A stretch of 64,000 nt of DNA, taken from assembly GCF_006345805.1 (NCBI RefSeq), contig NC_043005.1:104966001-105030000 (forward strand). Direction: 5' to 3'. The position numbers and the translations under genes are program-made. The DNA comes from Octopus sinensis (Eukaryota). Below are positions 51,989 through 64,000 of the stretch, piece by piece; the stretch's first letter is position 1, and each line of letters begins with the position of its first letter. The notes below the pieces were generated by a model, which was given only the letters and a program-made list of their open reading frames with translations, made no database searches and was not told where the DNA came from.

Positions 51989-53363
51989 TGTGTGTGTGTG
52001 TGTTTCCATCTCGCATTATTACTAGAAATTGCTTTCTCTTTTTTCCTCTGTTCATTATCCATTTGTAGTGGCCACAAGCTATTCAGCTGTATTTTTCACC
52101 ACCAATATCATTATTTCACCCTCAGACTCTTTCTTATATAACAAAAATATTTTTCTTCTTTTTAACATAAAACATATTCATAGCTTTTCTACTTTTACCT
52201 ACCACTCCACTGCCATGATGATGATGATAATCATCATCATCATCGTCATCATCATCACCATCATCATCATCACCATCAACATCGTCGTCGTTGTCGTAGT
52301 TGTCGTAGTTGTCGTCTTCGTCAAATCCGTATGTGGCAGAAGCTGCTGTAACAGTTGATGTGTAGCTAATGTGGACATCATCTTTGCAAGTACCGTTGTC
52401 GTTGTCCCCTGTTTCCCTCCTTCTGCTTTACCTCTTCCTCCACGTCATTATCATCCTTACCACCACCAACAACTCCTCCCACCACCACCACCGTCATCAT
52501 GGCCATGAAGTTATCCTGTTGTCTGTCTGGTCTGGGACGAGGGTTCACACACAATAAGAGATGATTTTATCTGGAGTTCTAGAGTGGAACGACAGCAGAC
52601 TGGCCAACTCTGAAGAACAGGGTCCCTTGTAGAAGTCCTTCCCCAAACCCAACTCCTACTTAGTACTGATTCTTTCGTTAGAATACGGCCAACTATAGTT
52701 GCCAAATTATAGTCTTATAGACGAAAAACGTGTTGTCGACTCAAAGAGAGGAAACCGAAAACTAATCCCCGGGTTTTTGTCCTTCATCACCCGTCATCAG
52801 CCAAAACTAACAATAATACTTTATCATATTCGGATGTGTCGATAATTTTCTAGAAGCGGAATGTAATCAATGGTCTCCAGTAATGCCATTTGAGTAATCT
52901 CTGCTTTAATAAACGAGGAAAGGCAGGAGGTAATACGGATTGAAACACACTTTGAACACTTAACGTTAAAGAATGTATTTTAAATATCACATCATTTTGT
53001 TTCGGTTCTATATCGTCTCTGCCAGAGACAACAAAAGTAGACAATAGTACATTAGTTATAACAAAATAATGAAAACATCGTCGACTATTACAGCTTTGTT
53101 AGATTCCAGGTGAAGCATTTTGCTGAAAATTGCTGAGGCGCAGACATGGCAGTGGGCAAGAAAGCATCAATATAGCCACAAGCCGACCAGTGCCTTGTAA
53201 GTGAAATTTGGTAATTGGAAATTGTGTAGAAGCCTGACACATATACAAACATGTACACACACAAGTACGCACAAACGCACGCACACTCACACACACACAA
53301 ACATATACATACATACGCACAAATATATAAGCATGTATATATACACGTATGTATATATTTCTG

Positions 53364-53396
<33 letters not shown>

Positions 53397-54261
53397 CTGT
53401 GTATTTTTGTTGGTGTTTATCTCCTCTCACCGCTTGACAACAGATGCTCGTTTGTTTACGCTCCAGTAACGTAGTAGCTCAGCAAGAGACCAGTAAAAAT
53501 AGTACCAGACATAAAAATATGCACATGAGTCGATGTGTTCGATTTGAAATGTTCAAGTTTGAGGACTTCGATAGGTCCAGTCCAAAATGTGAAAAGATAA
53601 GTGAAGATATTCTCATCACCATTACCACCATTTATGATGGTATGCTTGATTCTGCTAGAGTCTAAGAGACCACAGACTTCCTCTGCAGTAGAATAGAAGT
53701 GGATTGCATTATTGTTGTTGTATAGTTCCATGTCAATCCTCAGTGGACACACCTAAAGTTGAAGGTGCTCCAGCCGTAATCAATCTATATTTTGGGCAAA
53801 TACTTGTCCATGGGAGAAAGCGATTCTGTTAGTGGTCCTTCAAATCTTGTTCACCGTGATGTGTAGATAAGAGACAGGAACAAATCCTGGTGGGTGACTG
53901 ATATTTTATCACCCTAGGAAAGATACTAAAAGTTAAAATAGACCTAGAAGAGATTTGAACTCAGAGTAGAAAGAACCAAATCAAATGCTTTAAACCTTAT
54001 AACCAACACTTAAACGGTTCTGTTAATTGTCTGCCCTGGCAATATTTTAGGTATATGAATTCTATATTTCTTAGAAGAACTGCTTCCTTCGATATAGATA
54101 TACATATACACACTCACACACATAGATGTACACATATTATATGAATGAGTATGTGTAAAACGACAAATCTTGCAATCATTCAGTTCTGTATCAAATCCCG
54201 CTCAAGTCTCGTCTAAGTCTCGCCCAAATCCGTCTTACATGCTACTCTCGATTTATTGTTT

Positions 54262-54460
54262 TATCTTTTACTTGTTCCAGTCATTAGATTGCGGCTATGC
54301 TGGAGTACCTCCTTGGGGATTTTTTTAATCGAATGGATCGACTCCAGTAGTTAGTCTTAATTTAAGCCTGGTACTTACGCTATCGGTTTCTTTTAAGAGA
54401 GCTCAGTTACGGGGACGTAAATACACCAGAACCGGTTGTGAAGTGGTGGAGGGACACACA
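54262..54460 (-). mobile_element. Old SINE family 1, 3' half
   Basis: CTTTTACTTGTTCCAGTCATTAGATTGCGGCTATGCTGGAG...GTTACGGGGACGTAAATACACC. Confidence 0.7.
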
Positions 54461-54656
54461 CACACAAAATGAAAACATTTGACTTCCAAAAAGCACCAGA
54501 TTCAACGTAGTAGGCATGCTGCAGTAAAGAAACAAGTGGAATTGTAGAAGAATGTTTCTGCATACTCACATTTACACATTTACATACAGATATCTACCTA
54601 GTTGTCTGTCTGTCTCTATCTCTCGTCTCTCTCTCTCTCTCTTCTCTCTCTCTCTT

Positions 54657-54697
<41 letters not shown>

Positions 54698-54700
54698 TAT

Positions 54701-54834
54701 AGGCGCAGGGTTGATGTTTGATAAGAAGCTTGTTTCCTTGTGCAAATGTCTGTATAGCCTCGGGCCGATCAAAGTCTTGTGAGTAGATTTGGTAAACGGA
54801 AACTGAAAAAGTAGCCAGTCTCATATACATATAT

Positions 54835-54885
<51 letters not shown>

Positions 54886-55062
54886 ATATATATATATACG
54901 GGCGTTTGTGTGTTACGTCCCGTAAAATAGTGGTTCGGCAAAAGAGACCGATAGAATAAGTAGAAGGCGTAAAAAGAATAAGTACTGGAGTCTATTTCTT
55001 CGACTAGAAAGCGGTGCACCAAACATTGCTGCTGTCAAATGACTGAAACTAGTAAAAGAATA
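54701..55062 (+). mobile_element. Degenerate SINE family 1
   Basis: AGGCGCAGG head, TATAGCCTCGGGCCGATCAAAG, TTCGGCAAAAGAGACCGATAGAATAAGTA, GTCAAATGACTGAAACTAGTAAAAG. Confidence 0.75.
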
Positions 55063-55063
55063 T

Positions 55064-56000
55064 CGAGGGTAGGCCAAAAATTGGTATACTCTTTTACTCT
55101 TTCACTTGTTTCAGTCATTTGACTGCGGCCATGCTGGAGCACCGCCTTTAGTCGAGCAAATCGACCCCGGGACTTATTCTTTGTAAGCCCAGTACTTATT
55201 CTATCGGTCTCTTTTGCCAAACCGCTAAGTGACGGGGACGTAAACACACCAGCATCAGTTGTCAAGCAATGCTAGGGGGACAAACACAGACACACAAACA
55301 CACACACATACACATATACACATATATATACATATATACGACAGGCTTCTTTCAGTTTCCGTCTACCAAATCCACTCACAAGGCATTGGTCGGCCCGGGG
55401 CTATAGCAGAAGACACTTGCCCAAGATGTCACGCAGTGGGACTGAACCCGGAACCATGTGGTGGTTAGCAAGCTACTTGCAACACAGCCACTCCTGCGCC
55501 TGCACATTAAACTTTTTTCATTTTATTACATTTACACTTATTTATTATACAATTACATTTATTAAATATAGTTTAATCTCGTAAACGCTCGAATTGTCCA
55601 CCTTCAACATTGCAACATTCCTCGGACATTTCCGGAGCACTGTGACACACAGCTCGACACAAATGCCGATCTGCATAAATTTCAATAAAACCTTCCGAGA
55701 GGAACACTTTTAATTTGTCCTCCCTGTGAGTCATTTGCTTATAAACATTATTCTTTACTACTCCTCCAAAAAGAAGTCCGTTGGTGTTAAGTTGGGTGAA
55801 TGTGGTGGCCATTCGATGCTGCTATGTCGCCCAATCCAATGCTTTGGAAGGTATTGTTAAAGTAGTCTCTTATTACCAAAGCATAGTGAGGAAGTGACCA
55901 TCTTGTTGGAAGTACAGTTTCTTTGTTGCCATTATTTACGGTATCTGTAAAGAAAAAAAGGTAGTTTAAAAAGGGTATACCTATTTTTGACCCAGCCCTG
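55064..56000 (-). mobile_element. Internally deleted DD41D-like transposon interrupted by a SINE
   Basis: Ends GAGGGTAGGCCAAAAATTGGTATAC / GTATACCTATTTTTGACCCAGCCCTG+TA; frameshifted YFQQDG, PHYALVIRDYFNNTF, GVVKNNVY, CCNVEGGQFERL. Confidence 0.78.
55091..55501 (-). mobile_element. Full-length, young SINE family 1
   Basis: Closely similar to the reverse complement of 34832-35236. Confidence 0.92.
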
Positions 56001-56149
56001 TATATATTTTTAAAAACCAGGTGTCCTTCAGGAGCCACATGTCCATAAAGTCTGCTTACCGTACTCTATGACATATATATTAGGGCCTAATGAGACGAGT
56101 CGGCGGTCCGCCGCTAAGTTTTGACATCTTAGTGGCCTGGAGAAACAGG

Positions 56150-56258
56150 GAAACAAGTCTTTTGTTCAAAAACATAAAGTATCTCCCGGTTCAGGAATCG
56201 AGACCACAATCTTACAACATAAGTGCAACACCCCTAACCATCCAACCACGCACTTCTA
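56150..56258 (-). mobile_element. tRNA-like SINE head fragment
   Basis: Reverse complement GTGCGTGGTTGGATGGTTAGGGGTG...GTGGTCTCGATTCCTGAACCGGG...TTTTTGAACAAAAGACTT. Confidence 0.45.
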
Positions 56259-56711
56259 TCGACCTACTTTCCAATCTACCTTCTTATACACACACACACC
56301 ACACACACACACACACACACAACACACATACACAAACACACACACACACACATACACAAACACACACACACTTATATGTGTGTGTGTGTGTTTGCGTGTA
56401 TATGTACATGTGTATGTGTATTTGTACATGTGCATGCATGCATTTGTGTATGTATGTATGTATGCCTGTATGTGTGTGTGTATGTGTGTGCGTGCGTGTA
56501 TGTGTGTATGCATGAACTTTTATCCAATTGTAAAATTTATTTCCTTGCAGCAAAACATTTTCACAAATAATTTTGAAACATGATGTGTTTCTTAAAACAA
56601 AGAGAACAGTTTTTTTTCTCTTGAGAACTGACAACTGAAACTTTTATCAATGTATATATGTATGCACTTGTATTTCGATTTACCTCTGATTTGTGTGCGT
56701 GTATACGCAGC

Positions 56712-56788
<77 letters not shown>

Positions 56789-56815
56789 TATGTGTGTGTG
56801 TACACATTTGAGTGA

Positions 56816-56850
<35 letters not shown>

Positions 56851-56861
56851 TGTATTATTTT

Positions 56862-56908
<47 letters not shown>

Positions 56909-56962
56909 AATATATATATATATATTTTATGTGGTGTGTGGTGTGTATACATTTGAGTGAGA

Positions 56963-56998
<36 letters not shown>

Positions 56999-57753
56999 CG
57001 AACTCTCTCATGCACCAAATGGCAGTTGCTAAAAAGCATTCGTGAAGTAAAATCATGTAGCAACACCAAATGGCAGTGCTCCAGCATGGCCACAGCTCGT
57101 GATCTGAAACTAGATAAATAAAAAATAAAAAATATATATATATATATATAAAGAGTGAGAGAGAAAGAGAGGAGAGTGTGTGTATATGTATAATTTTGCG
57201 CGTTTGTGAGTACGTGCCTGTATGCGTATGTGTGTGTATGTGTGTGTTATATGTGTATCCGTATCTATTATACCGCCAGTGAATAGGACACCTGCTCAGG
57301 CTATATATACCCGGAATGTCAATTTAGAATTTGTTCTACAACCATAAATATTTTCAGTTTTCTGTTGACGGCTTCGAAACTGTTTCAGAAGTTCATCTAG
57401 TGCAAGTTGACTAACTCATACATACGCAAATACTAAGTAATCCTCTGTGTGTGTGTGTATTTGTGTGTGTGTGTGTGTGTGTGTATGTGTGTATGTGTGT
57501 GTGTGCGTGCATGTGTGTGTGTGTTTAAGGCTCTTAATGAGAAAATGACTTAGATTTCCAGTCATAGAATATAGAACTCAATGTGTTGAAAATAGTGTTT
57601 TTATATTTCATGAATACACTAACGAGTGGCATTAACGTTTTGAATTATTCATAGCTGAATCGTTGAACTTGAAATTTTGGTACTGTTCATCGAGCAGTCA
57701 TTAACTATATGCTGTGTGTTTATATGTCTATATGTGTTGTGTGTACGTATATT

Positions 57754-58680
57754 GATCGGTTCGGACTGAAGACTGAGGGGTTCGAATGTCCTGTCCAGTT
57801 ATTGTATCGTCTTCTAAGAGTTATAGTTCTTGTCCATGTTGTATTTGTCTACATACCTTAACATATATTCCAGGCGCCCCGTACCCCCTTATCATTAATG
57901 TGAACACATATTTTAATAATTGGTACGACTCTCTGTTTGTCTCTCTCTCTCTCTCATTTTTACTGATCTGTCCCCTCTCTCTCTCTCTTTTCTCTCTATT
58001 ATCTTCTCTTTCTCTGATCCTTTGGTCTGTCTTCCACTACCCTCTATTCTTTGTCTCGCTTGCATCACAGGTCATTCTTCGACACCCATCCCTTCTCCTC
58101 TCTGATTCCTCTCTTCTCTCTCTTGTTGCGTTTTGTTCCCCTTTCTCTCTCTCTCTTTGCTTATCTTTCTTTCTTTTCCCTCTTCTCTGTCACGTGACTG
58201 TTGCCGAAATCTGCCTTTCAGCTCCTGACCCTCGTCGTGTTAACATCGTGTTTCGTCCGCCGCTATAAAGGCTTTTTCAATGCGCCAGAGAAAAAATTTG
58301 TTGCTTGTTATCAGTCGTAAGACACTTGTTGTTTTCACCGTTAATGCTTCTGTATTTCATGTTTCTGTATTCCATTATTTTGTTTTTTTTTTTGTTTTTT
58401 TATATCGTCCTTTTGCTGTCCTGGTGTTCGTATGCATTCGATCCTTCTTCCAGGAAATCTACGCTTCCAGCTTAGTTTTTCTAATGCTCGTTGCTTAGTT
58501 GTTCTTGGAGGGCTGGCCGTGATCTAGTAATCTCAAGATTAATCAGCCGAAATTACTACGATGATCCGGTTCTTGATGAAGACTGAGGGGTTCGAATGTC
58601 CTGTCCATGTTATTGTATCGTCTTCTAAGAGTTATACGTTCTTGTCTATGTTGTATTTTTCTACATACCTTAATATATAG
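57754..58680 (+). mobile_element. Second non-coding element with ~110-bp direct terminal repeats (810-bp period)
   Basis: 57767-57867 versus 58577-58679 about 95% identical; shares AATCTCAAGATTAATCAGCCGAAATT and TGA(A/T)GACTGAGGG..TTCGAATGTCC with the 39017 element. Confidence 0.8.
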
Positions 58681-58831
58681 ATATAATATATATCTATATA
58701 TATATATAATATATATATATATATAGATATATATATATATATGTATGTATGTATGTATGTATGCATGAAACTCTATATCTATCTTTCATCTATATATATA
58801 TATATATATATATATTGGACACAACACACAT

Positions 58832-58883
<52 letters not shown>

Positions 58884-59172
58884 AATCCTTCCATCCTGGC
58901 CGCGAGTGGTGACATCTAGTAGAGATAACCCGGAAATCGTTCCTCTTCGATTACTATCGCAAACAGCAGTAGCTTTCTTCTTTTGAATACAGGTCGTTGA
59001 TTGGCTAAAATTACCCAAATACGACAACTTTAACACGAAATAACTTCTAAAATACGAAATTTTGTCAAAAATGTTCAAAGTAAACCGTGTTCTGCGTGAG
59101 AAATTACACCAGTACAGGAATTTTCAAACTGTTTAGTTAAAAAAAGATAATTAAAAAAATCTGTGAGCCAAA

Positions 59173-60110
59173 TTGAACATATCCTCCAACACTTCCGTCA
59201 CCCTTCTCGACAGTTCGGTTAACATACACAACTCTGCTCTCACTATCTCCATCCACTGCAAACACACCGGCCCACACTCATACATCGACTTCCCATCTAC
59301 CCAACCTACCCACACCAAGCTCTCCATCCCCTACTCCCAATTCGTCCGTCTGCGCTGGGTCTGCCGTGACAACCATGACTTTGAGACTCAGTCTCAACTC
59401 ATGGCTTGCCACTTCATCTCCTCACCATTATCCACTCCGCCCTTGCCAAAGCTCTTGTGTGAAACGTGCTTCTGCTCTCTCTTCCCACATCCGCTCCGCC
59501 GTTACCAGTCTCCCGTTTCCACTCACCTACGAGCCTTCCACCCTGCCTCTCCAACGTACCATTCTCCGAGCCTTCCGGCTACACCAGTCCGACCCCCTCG
59601 ACTTCGCACATTTTCCCCAACCTACGCCTTCTTCCTTCAAACGAACCCATAACCTATGTGACCTCCAGGTTCACAGTTTCTTCCCTAATCCCACCTCCCA
59701 AGCTGGATCGTTCCCCTGTTCCCGCCCACGCTACCGCACTTGCCCATACCTCTCCAACACCACCATCCTTACAGGTACCCATCATCGTCTCTATAAATAT
59801 CACTGACTCCTTTACCTGCACTTATAGCAACGTCATTTACTGCATCTCCTGCTCTTTCTGTCCTTTGCTGTACATCGGTCAAACGGGACACCGCTTGGCT
59901 GACCAGTTCGCAGAGCACCTCCGATACATCAGACTCGGCAACGATGCCACGGTCTCGCGCCATTTCCGCTCTGCTAGTCATTCATTTTTACACCTATCTG
60001 TGTTCGTATTGTCTTTGCACAGGGGCCATCCGGACTCCCGCTTTCACCATGAACAGGAATTAACCTTCCCTCTTCGCTCTTACGCGCCATATGGTCTCAA
60101 CTCCCATCCT
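59173..60110 (+). pseudogene. Frameshifted Penelope-like ORF: RT thumb plus GIY-YIG endonuclease, Neptune-type
   Basis: SVTLLDSSV..HSYIDFPS..KLSIPYSQFVRLRWVC; linker FPCSRPRYRTCPY..FTC (Neptune-like Cys motif); NVIYCISCSFCPLLYIGQTG..FAEHL..RHF..EQEL..APYGLN. Confidence 0.93.
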
Positions 60111-60750
60111 TTTTCATCTGACTCCCTCCTCTCCTCTTTTCATCTGACACCTACTTCCTCTCTTCTCTCCTACTCACTTCTCTCCTCTCTTGCCCCGACA
60201 CCTACTTCCTCTTTTCACTATTACCCACCTTCTCCCTTCATCGATACTCCACTCCATCCACATCCTACTCTTACATACCCCACCATTAACCCACCTCCTC
60301 ACCCCAAACCCATACCCCAGCCTCACATCCCCATCCCACCCTCATATCCTCACACCCCACCCTCACATCCCCACACTCCACCCTCACAACCCCACGCCCC
60401 TCCCTCAGATCCCCACCCCACACCAAACCCCCACCCCACCCCACACTCACATCCCCACACCCCACCCCACCACATCACATCACATCACACCACATCATCA
60501 TCAACACCCCACGCATTACAGACGCACACACGCACGCATCCACACGTCAAAGTCACCAGCAGATATCCACACTTACACATTTACACATCGTCATATACAC
60601 CTACGCACGCGCACTTTCGTTTTGGGATAGCCAATACTTTATTATCTCCCCTTCTTCCTAGCTCTCCTGTGTAACTACCTTTGTCCAGTCAGTTGCCATG
60701 ATTGGCCGCTAACTCCAAAAGTTTTTTCTCTGTTTTTTTTCCTCATGTTC

Positions 60751-60786
60751 CTTTCTGTTGAAGAGCGTAGGCTCGAAACGTAAAAG
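60751..60786 (+). ncRNA. Minimal hammerhead motif (A6U core variant) at the 3' end of the Penelope element
   Basis: CUUU-CUGUUGA-A-GAGC GUAG GCUC-GAAAC-GUA-AAAG; all three helices can form. Confidence 0.7.
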
Positions 60787-60999
60787 ACCTTCTCACCTTC
60801 CCGGGCATCAAACTAATACAGCTGCTTGTTGTTTATACCCCTGTCTCGGTCTTTTGTTTTTTTTGTAAACTTCAACTATATATATATATTATAAAGTCAA
60901 CATAAGGGTAAAAAAATTGAATATTAATTATTAACATCAATTTAAACACCAAGTGGCCTAGCGTATAAAAGACTGGGATACAGTAAATATTATTAATAC

Positions 61000-61114
61000 A
61001 AAACAATAAGAGAGAATCTACTATCTGGACGCTCTAACGCTAGATATAGATTCCCTTTGCGGATCTATATCTAGCGTTAGAGCGTCCACATAGTGGATTT
61101 TCTCTTATTGTTTT
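61000..61114. repeat. Hairpin with 52-bp arms and an 11-nt loop
   Basis: 61000-61051 versus the reverse complement of 61063-61114: 49/52; two of the three mismatches are G.U in plus-strand RNA. Confidence 0.9.
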
Positions 61115-61137
61115 ATATATATATATATATATGCATG

Positions 61138-61171
<34 letters not shown>

Positions 61172-61359
61172 TGTATGTATGTATGTATGTATGCATGTAT
61201 GTATGTATGTATGTATGTATGTATGTATGTATCAATTTTATTGGGCCTTATTAATCGAAGGACACCTGTTGCTGTTCTTGTTTGTATTTGTAATCGTGTA
61301 ACATTTTCTCCGGTTTCTTGTTTTTTGTCTGTGTTGTCGCCCATATTCGATTGCTCTCT

Positions 61360-61560
61360 TCCAAAAATCTAATACCCTTAGCTTAGATTTTTAGGGCCTA
61401 CCAATTTTGAACAGTCTCAACTGTAACAGCCAAAGCTGTAATGATGATCGGAAGTTTGACTTATGAAAGAAAGCCACGAATGTTCCGCCCTGGTTTTTCT
61501 TGTCCGACTTTGTATCGTCTGTCTGTCTCCTATATATTTATTGTTGTCCATTACGTTCTT
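61360..61560 (+). mobile_element. Diverged third fragment of the 39017/57754 family
   Basis: AAATCTAATACCCTTAGCTTAGATTT..GTCTCAAC..AACAGCCAAAG..ATGATC..TTGACTTATGA..CGAATGTTCCGCCCTG is colinear with 39700-39830. Confidence 0.5.
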
Positions 61561-62610
61561 ATTCCGTTTTTTTGGGATGGGGGCGGATTTACAGATCTCT
61601 AATATAGTTAAAAAATGATTAGATATCTATACAAATCAAATTTTATATATAAGAGATGGTGGTGGAAACAGCACATAATTAAATTTTGAAAGAAATTAAT
61701 AAAATGATTAAAACGTTTCTTGTATGTATATAGAAAATAGAAAATATTACTGGCTTCGATGATGAAATTCATCTTATAAAATATTAATAAAAAATTTGAA
61801 ATTTGAAGTAAAAACAGTTTCTATTTATCTTCTATATGGTGATTAGAACATAACCGGAGTTTTTCCGTAAAGTCTTCTTTAAATATACTTTGATTGTAAA
61901 TAATTTGGTATTGAGTTCAAAGTGTTAGAGAGAAAGAGAGGGAGTTTAATTGTCTATATATATATATACGACGGGCTTTTTATGTGTATACGTGTGTATG
62001 TATGTATGTATGTATGTATGTATGTATGTATGTATGTATGTATGTATGTATGTCCACAATATGCATACGCGTTGGTCTGTGCTTTTCTACATCAACACAT
62101 GCATACATGTATAGACAAGACCTGACAAAATAAAGTCCGTCTTCCTCTACAATACATTTTTATTCAGATATTTCAGAAGACATTTTTCTCTTACTATTTA
62201 CTCAATTCTTTTAATGTTGATAAATAAGAGACATCCATCAACTGTTAGATTTATGAAATTATCTGAAATGATTTTCCTTTTTATGAAATAACTCAACATC
62301 AATTTAAGAACTTTACACAAACGTTACCAGATTGAAGCAATATATCTTCTGAATGGGGGTCGATTTTGAATAGACCAAAACAAGGTCAACATGTCAGATA
62401 TATCTCGATTTTTCTTTTTTTCTTTTTCAGTTTTATTTATTTATTTTTTCACTTAACAACGAAGTTTTCTTCTTGGTTGGTGATTGTTAGGATATAAACA
62501 ATATGGTTGTTATAGGTTGATTGTTTCACATAAATAAAGATTTACAAATAGTATTTCCCAGAATATCGATAAGGACTCCTCGTTTAAACGAAAGCGCCCG
62601 TGCACCGAAA

Positions 62611-62800
62611 ATTTAGAAATAGCAGCGAAAGACAGCTTATTCCTATTTACTACAGATATTATTCTACAGATAACAATATTTGTAACTCACATAGACAAAG
62701 GAAGAAAAACAACGGAATCAAACAGTCTTCGATTAATTGTGGACGTGTTTCTGGGTTAGAATTATACAAATTCATTAACGTCCTCAGCACAGTTAATGAA

Positions 62801-62846
<46 letters not shown>

Positions 62847-63077
62847 AATACATGCATGCATATATGTATGTATATACAATGATTGCTTCTTTTTCACTGT
62901 GCTGTGGACGTTAATGAATTTGCATAATTCTATCCCAGAAACGCGTCCACAATTAATCGAAGACTGTTTGATTTCGTTGTTTTTCTTCTTTTGCCTATGT
63001 GAGTTACAAATATTGTTATTGTGGAATAATATCTGTACTAAAAAGGAATAAGCTGTCTTTCGCTGCTATTTCTAAAT
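62611..63077. repeat. Foldback with ~183-bp arms (94% identical) around a (TA)n spacer; arms carry hammerhead-like motifs
   Basis: 62611-62793 versus the reverse complement of 62896-63077: 11 differences; UGUG-CUG(A/U)GGA...GAAAC(A/G)CGUC-CACA reads outward on both arms. Confidence 0.88.
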
Positions 63078-63101
63078 GTTAGGGTTATACATGCGAACAT
63101 A

Positions 63102-64000
63102 CAGAGTGCGTAAGGTATTTGATGACATACCTTTTTTGGGTCATTGCTGCATTTTTGCTAACTCTGTATAATCTTTGTTACAGAAAATAATAATGGCAGA
63201 CCTTCAGCTTACTCAAGAAATGAAGAGGCATCCTGTTATTGTGGTTATAAAGGCTGAGCAAAGAGATTTAGAAATATCTCGATTTTTAAAAGTTGCTATA
63301 TCTTTTGTCTGCAAAGTTTGTAAAGAGTTAGAGACTGAAGATGGAAAAATTATCACCAGTATGAAAGCATAAAAAGCATTCTAAACGCTCTGAAATCATC
63401 AGAACACCTGAATTTATCCAGCAAGTTCAACAGACCATTGATTACAATCCCAGAAAGTCCATGAGGTCAATTGCAAAAGATACCCATGTGTCAGAAGGAA
63501 CAGTCAGATATGTCCACGAAGACATTGGATATAAGTCTTATACGATGAGTAAAGGCCAATTTATCAGAAAAAAAAAACAAAAGAAAATCACTACATTGGA
63601 TCTAAAATGTTTTCAAACTGAAAAACCCATCAAAAGATTTGATTTGCGTTTTCTCAAACGAGAAGAACTTCGGCCAAGATTTAAAAAGTTAACAAAATTT
63701 CCTGCAACTGTCATGGTTATAGTGTTTGTAAGCAATGAAGGACGTGATGCCTCCTTACTTCTTTCCACAAAGCCTTAGAGTTAACTCTGTCGCCTACATT
63801 GAGGTCTTGGAAATAATTGTTAAGCCCTGGATAGACAGTGTATGCAATGGAAGGCCATATGTGTTTCAGGAACACTCTGCACAACCACACAGTAACACAG
63901 GAATAAATGGCTGAAAACTTTTATCACATAACCCCTAATATTTGGCCTCCTAATTCCCCAGATCTCAATCCCTTGTACTATTACATGGGAAGCGTTTTTG
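63102..64000 (+). mobile_element. Dead DD37D (maT-like) transposon, cut off by the window end
   Basis: TA then CAGAGTG start; ATG at 63193 MADLQLTQEMKRH; remnants FSNEKNF, KFPATVMV, FQEHSAQPH, IWPPNSPDLNPLYYY with the catalytic Asp residues mutated. Confidence 0.85.

Larger units (their letters stand above)
59173..60875 (+). mobile_element. 5'-truncated Neptune-like Penelope element including its 3' terminal repeat
   Basis: ORF remnant, C-rich 3' region, hammerhead at 60751-60786, ends in (TA)n near 60875. Confidence 0.85.

Noticed and set aside
52560-52635. LEWNDSRLA resembling the ligand-gated ion channel WxDxRL motif
   Set aside because: Short frame ended by a stop, no flanking homology, no convincing splice sites.
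57358-57392. CTGTTGACGGCTTCGAAAC as a hammerhead
   Set aside because: No pairable helix II and no NUH/helix I arrangement.
59466-60674. 402-aa ORF as an intact gene
   Set aside because: Only its middle (GIY-YIG) is in the real Penelope frame. The start is out of frame with the RT-linker and the Pro/His-rich tail is low-complexity 3' sequence.

Overview
AT-rich, microsatellite-saturated metazoan DNA. The SINE families, repeat load and composition look like an Octopus (coleoid cephalopod) genome; this is inferred from recognition, not from a search. I found no intact host protein-coding gene, rRNA, tRNA gene or CRISPR array. Almost all ORFs in the supplied track are read-throughs of (TA)n/(CA)n/(ATT)n repeats. 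The window is a transposable-element graveyard, probably a large intron or gene desert. It holds many tRNA-derived SINE copies, five dead Tc1/mariner-superfamily elements or fragments (DD34D, DD41D-like, DD37D-like), hAT, pogo-type and foldback MITEs, a Helentron-like element, decayed R4/Dong, L1/Tx1-like and RTE retrotransposon pieces, and a Neptune-type Penelope-like element (RT thumb plus GIY-YIG). The most notable signal is RNA-structural. About eight hammerhead-ribozyme (HHR)-like folds occur in Penelope-type termini. Three loci are foldback palindromes in which HHR-bearing arms point away from each other, including one with 151/151 identical arms at 33323-33748. Two non-coding ~0.9 kb elements have a partial-tandem (about 1.14-mer) structure reminiscent of retrozymes. 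All alignments and folds were done by eye; none of the ribozymes has been tested.
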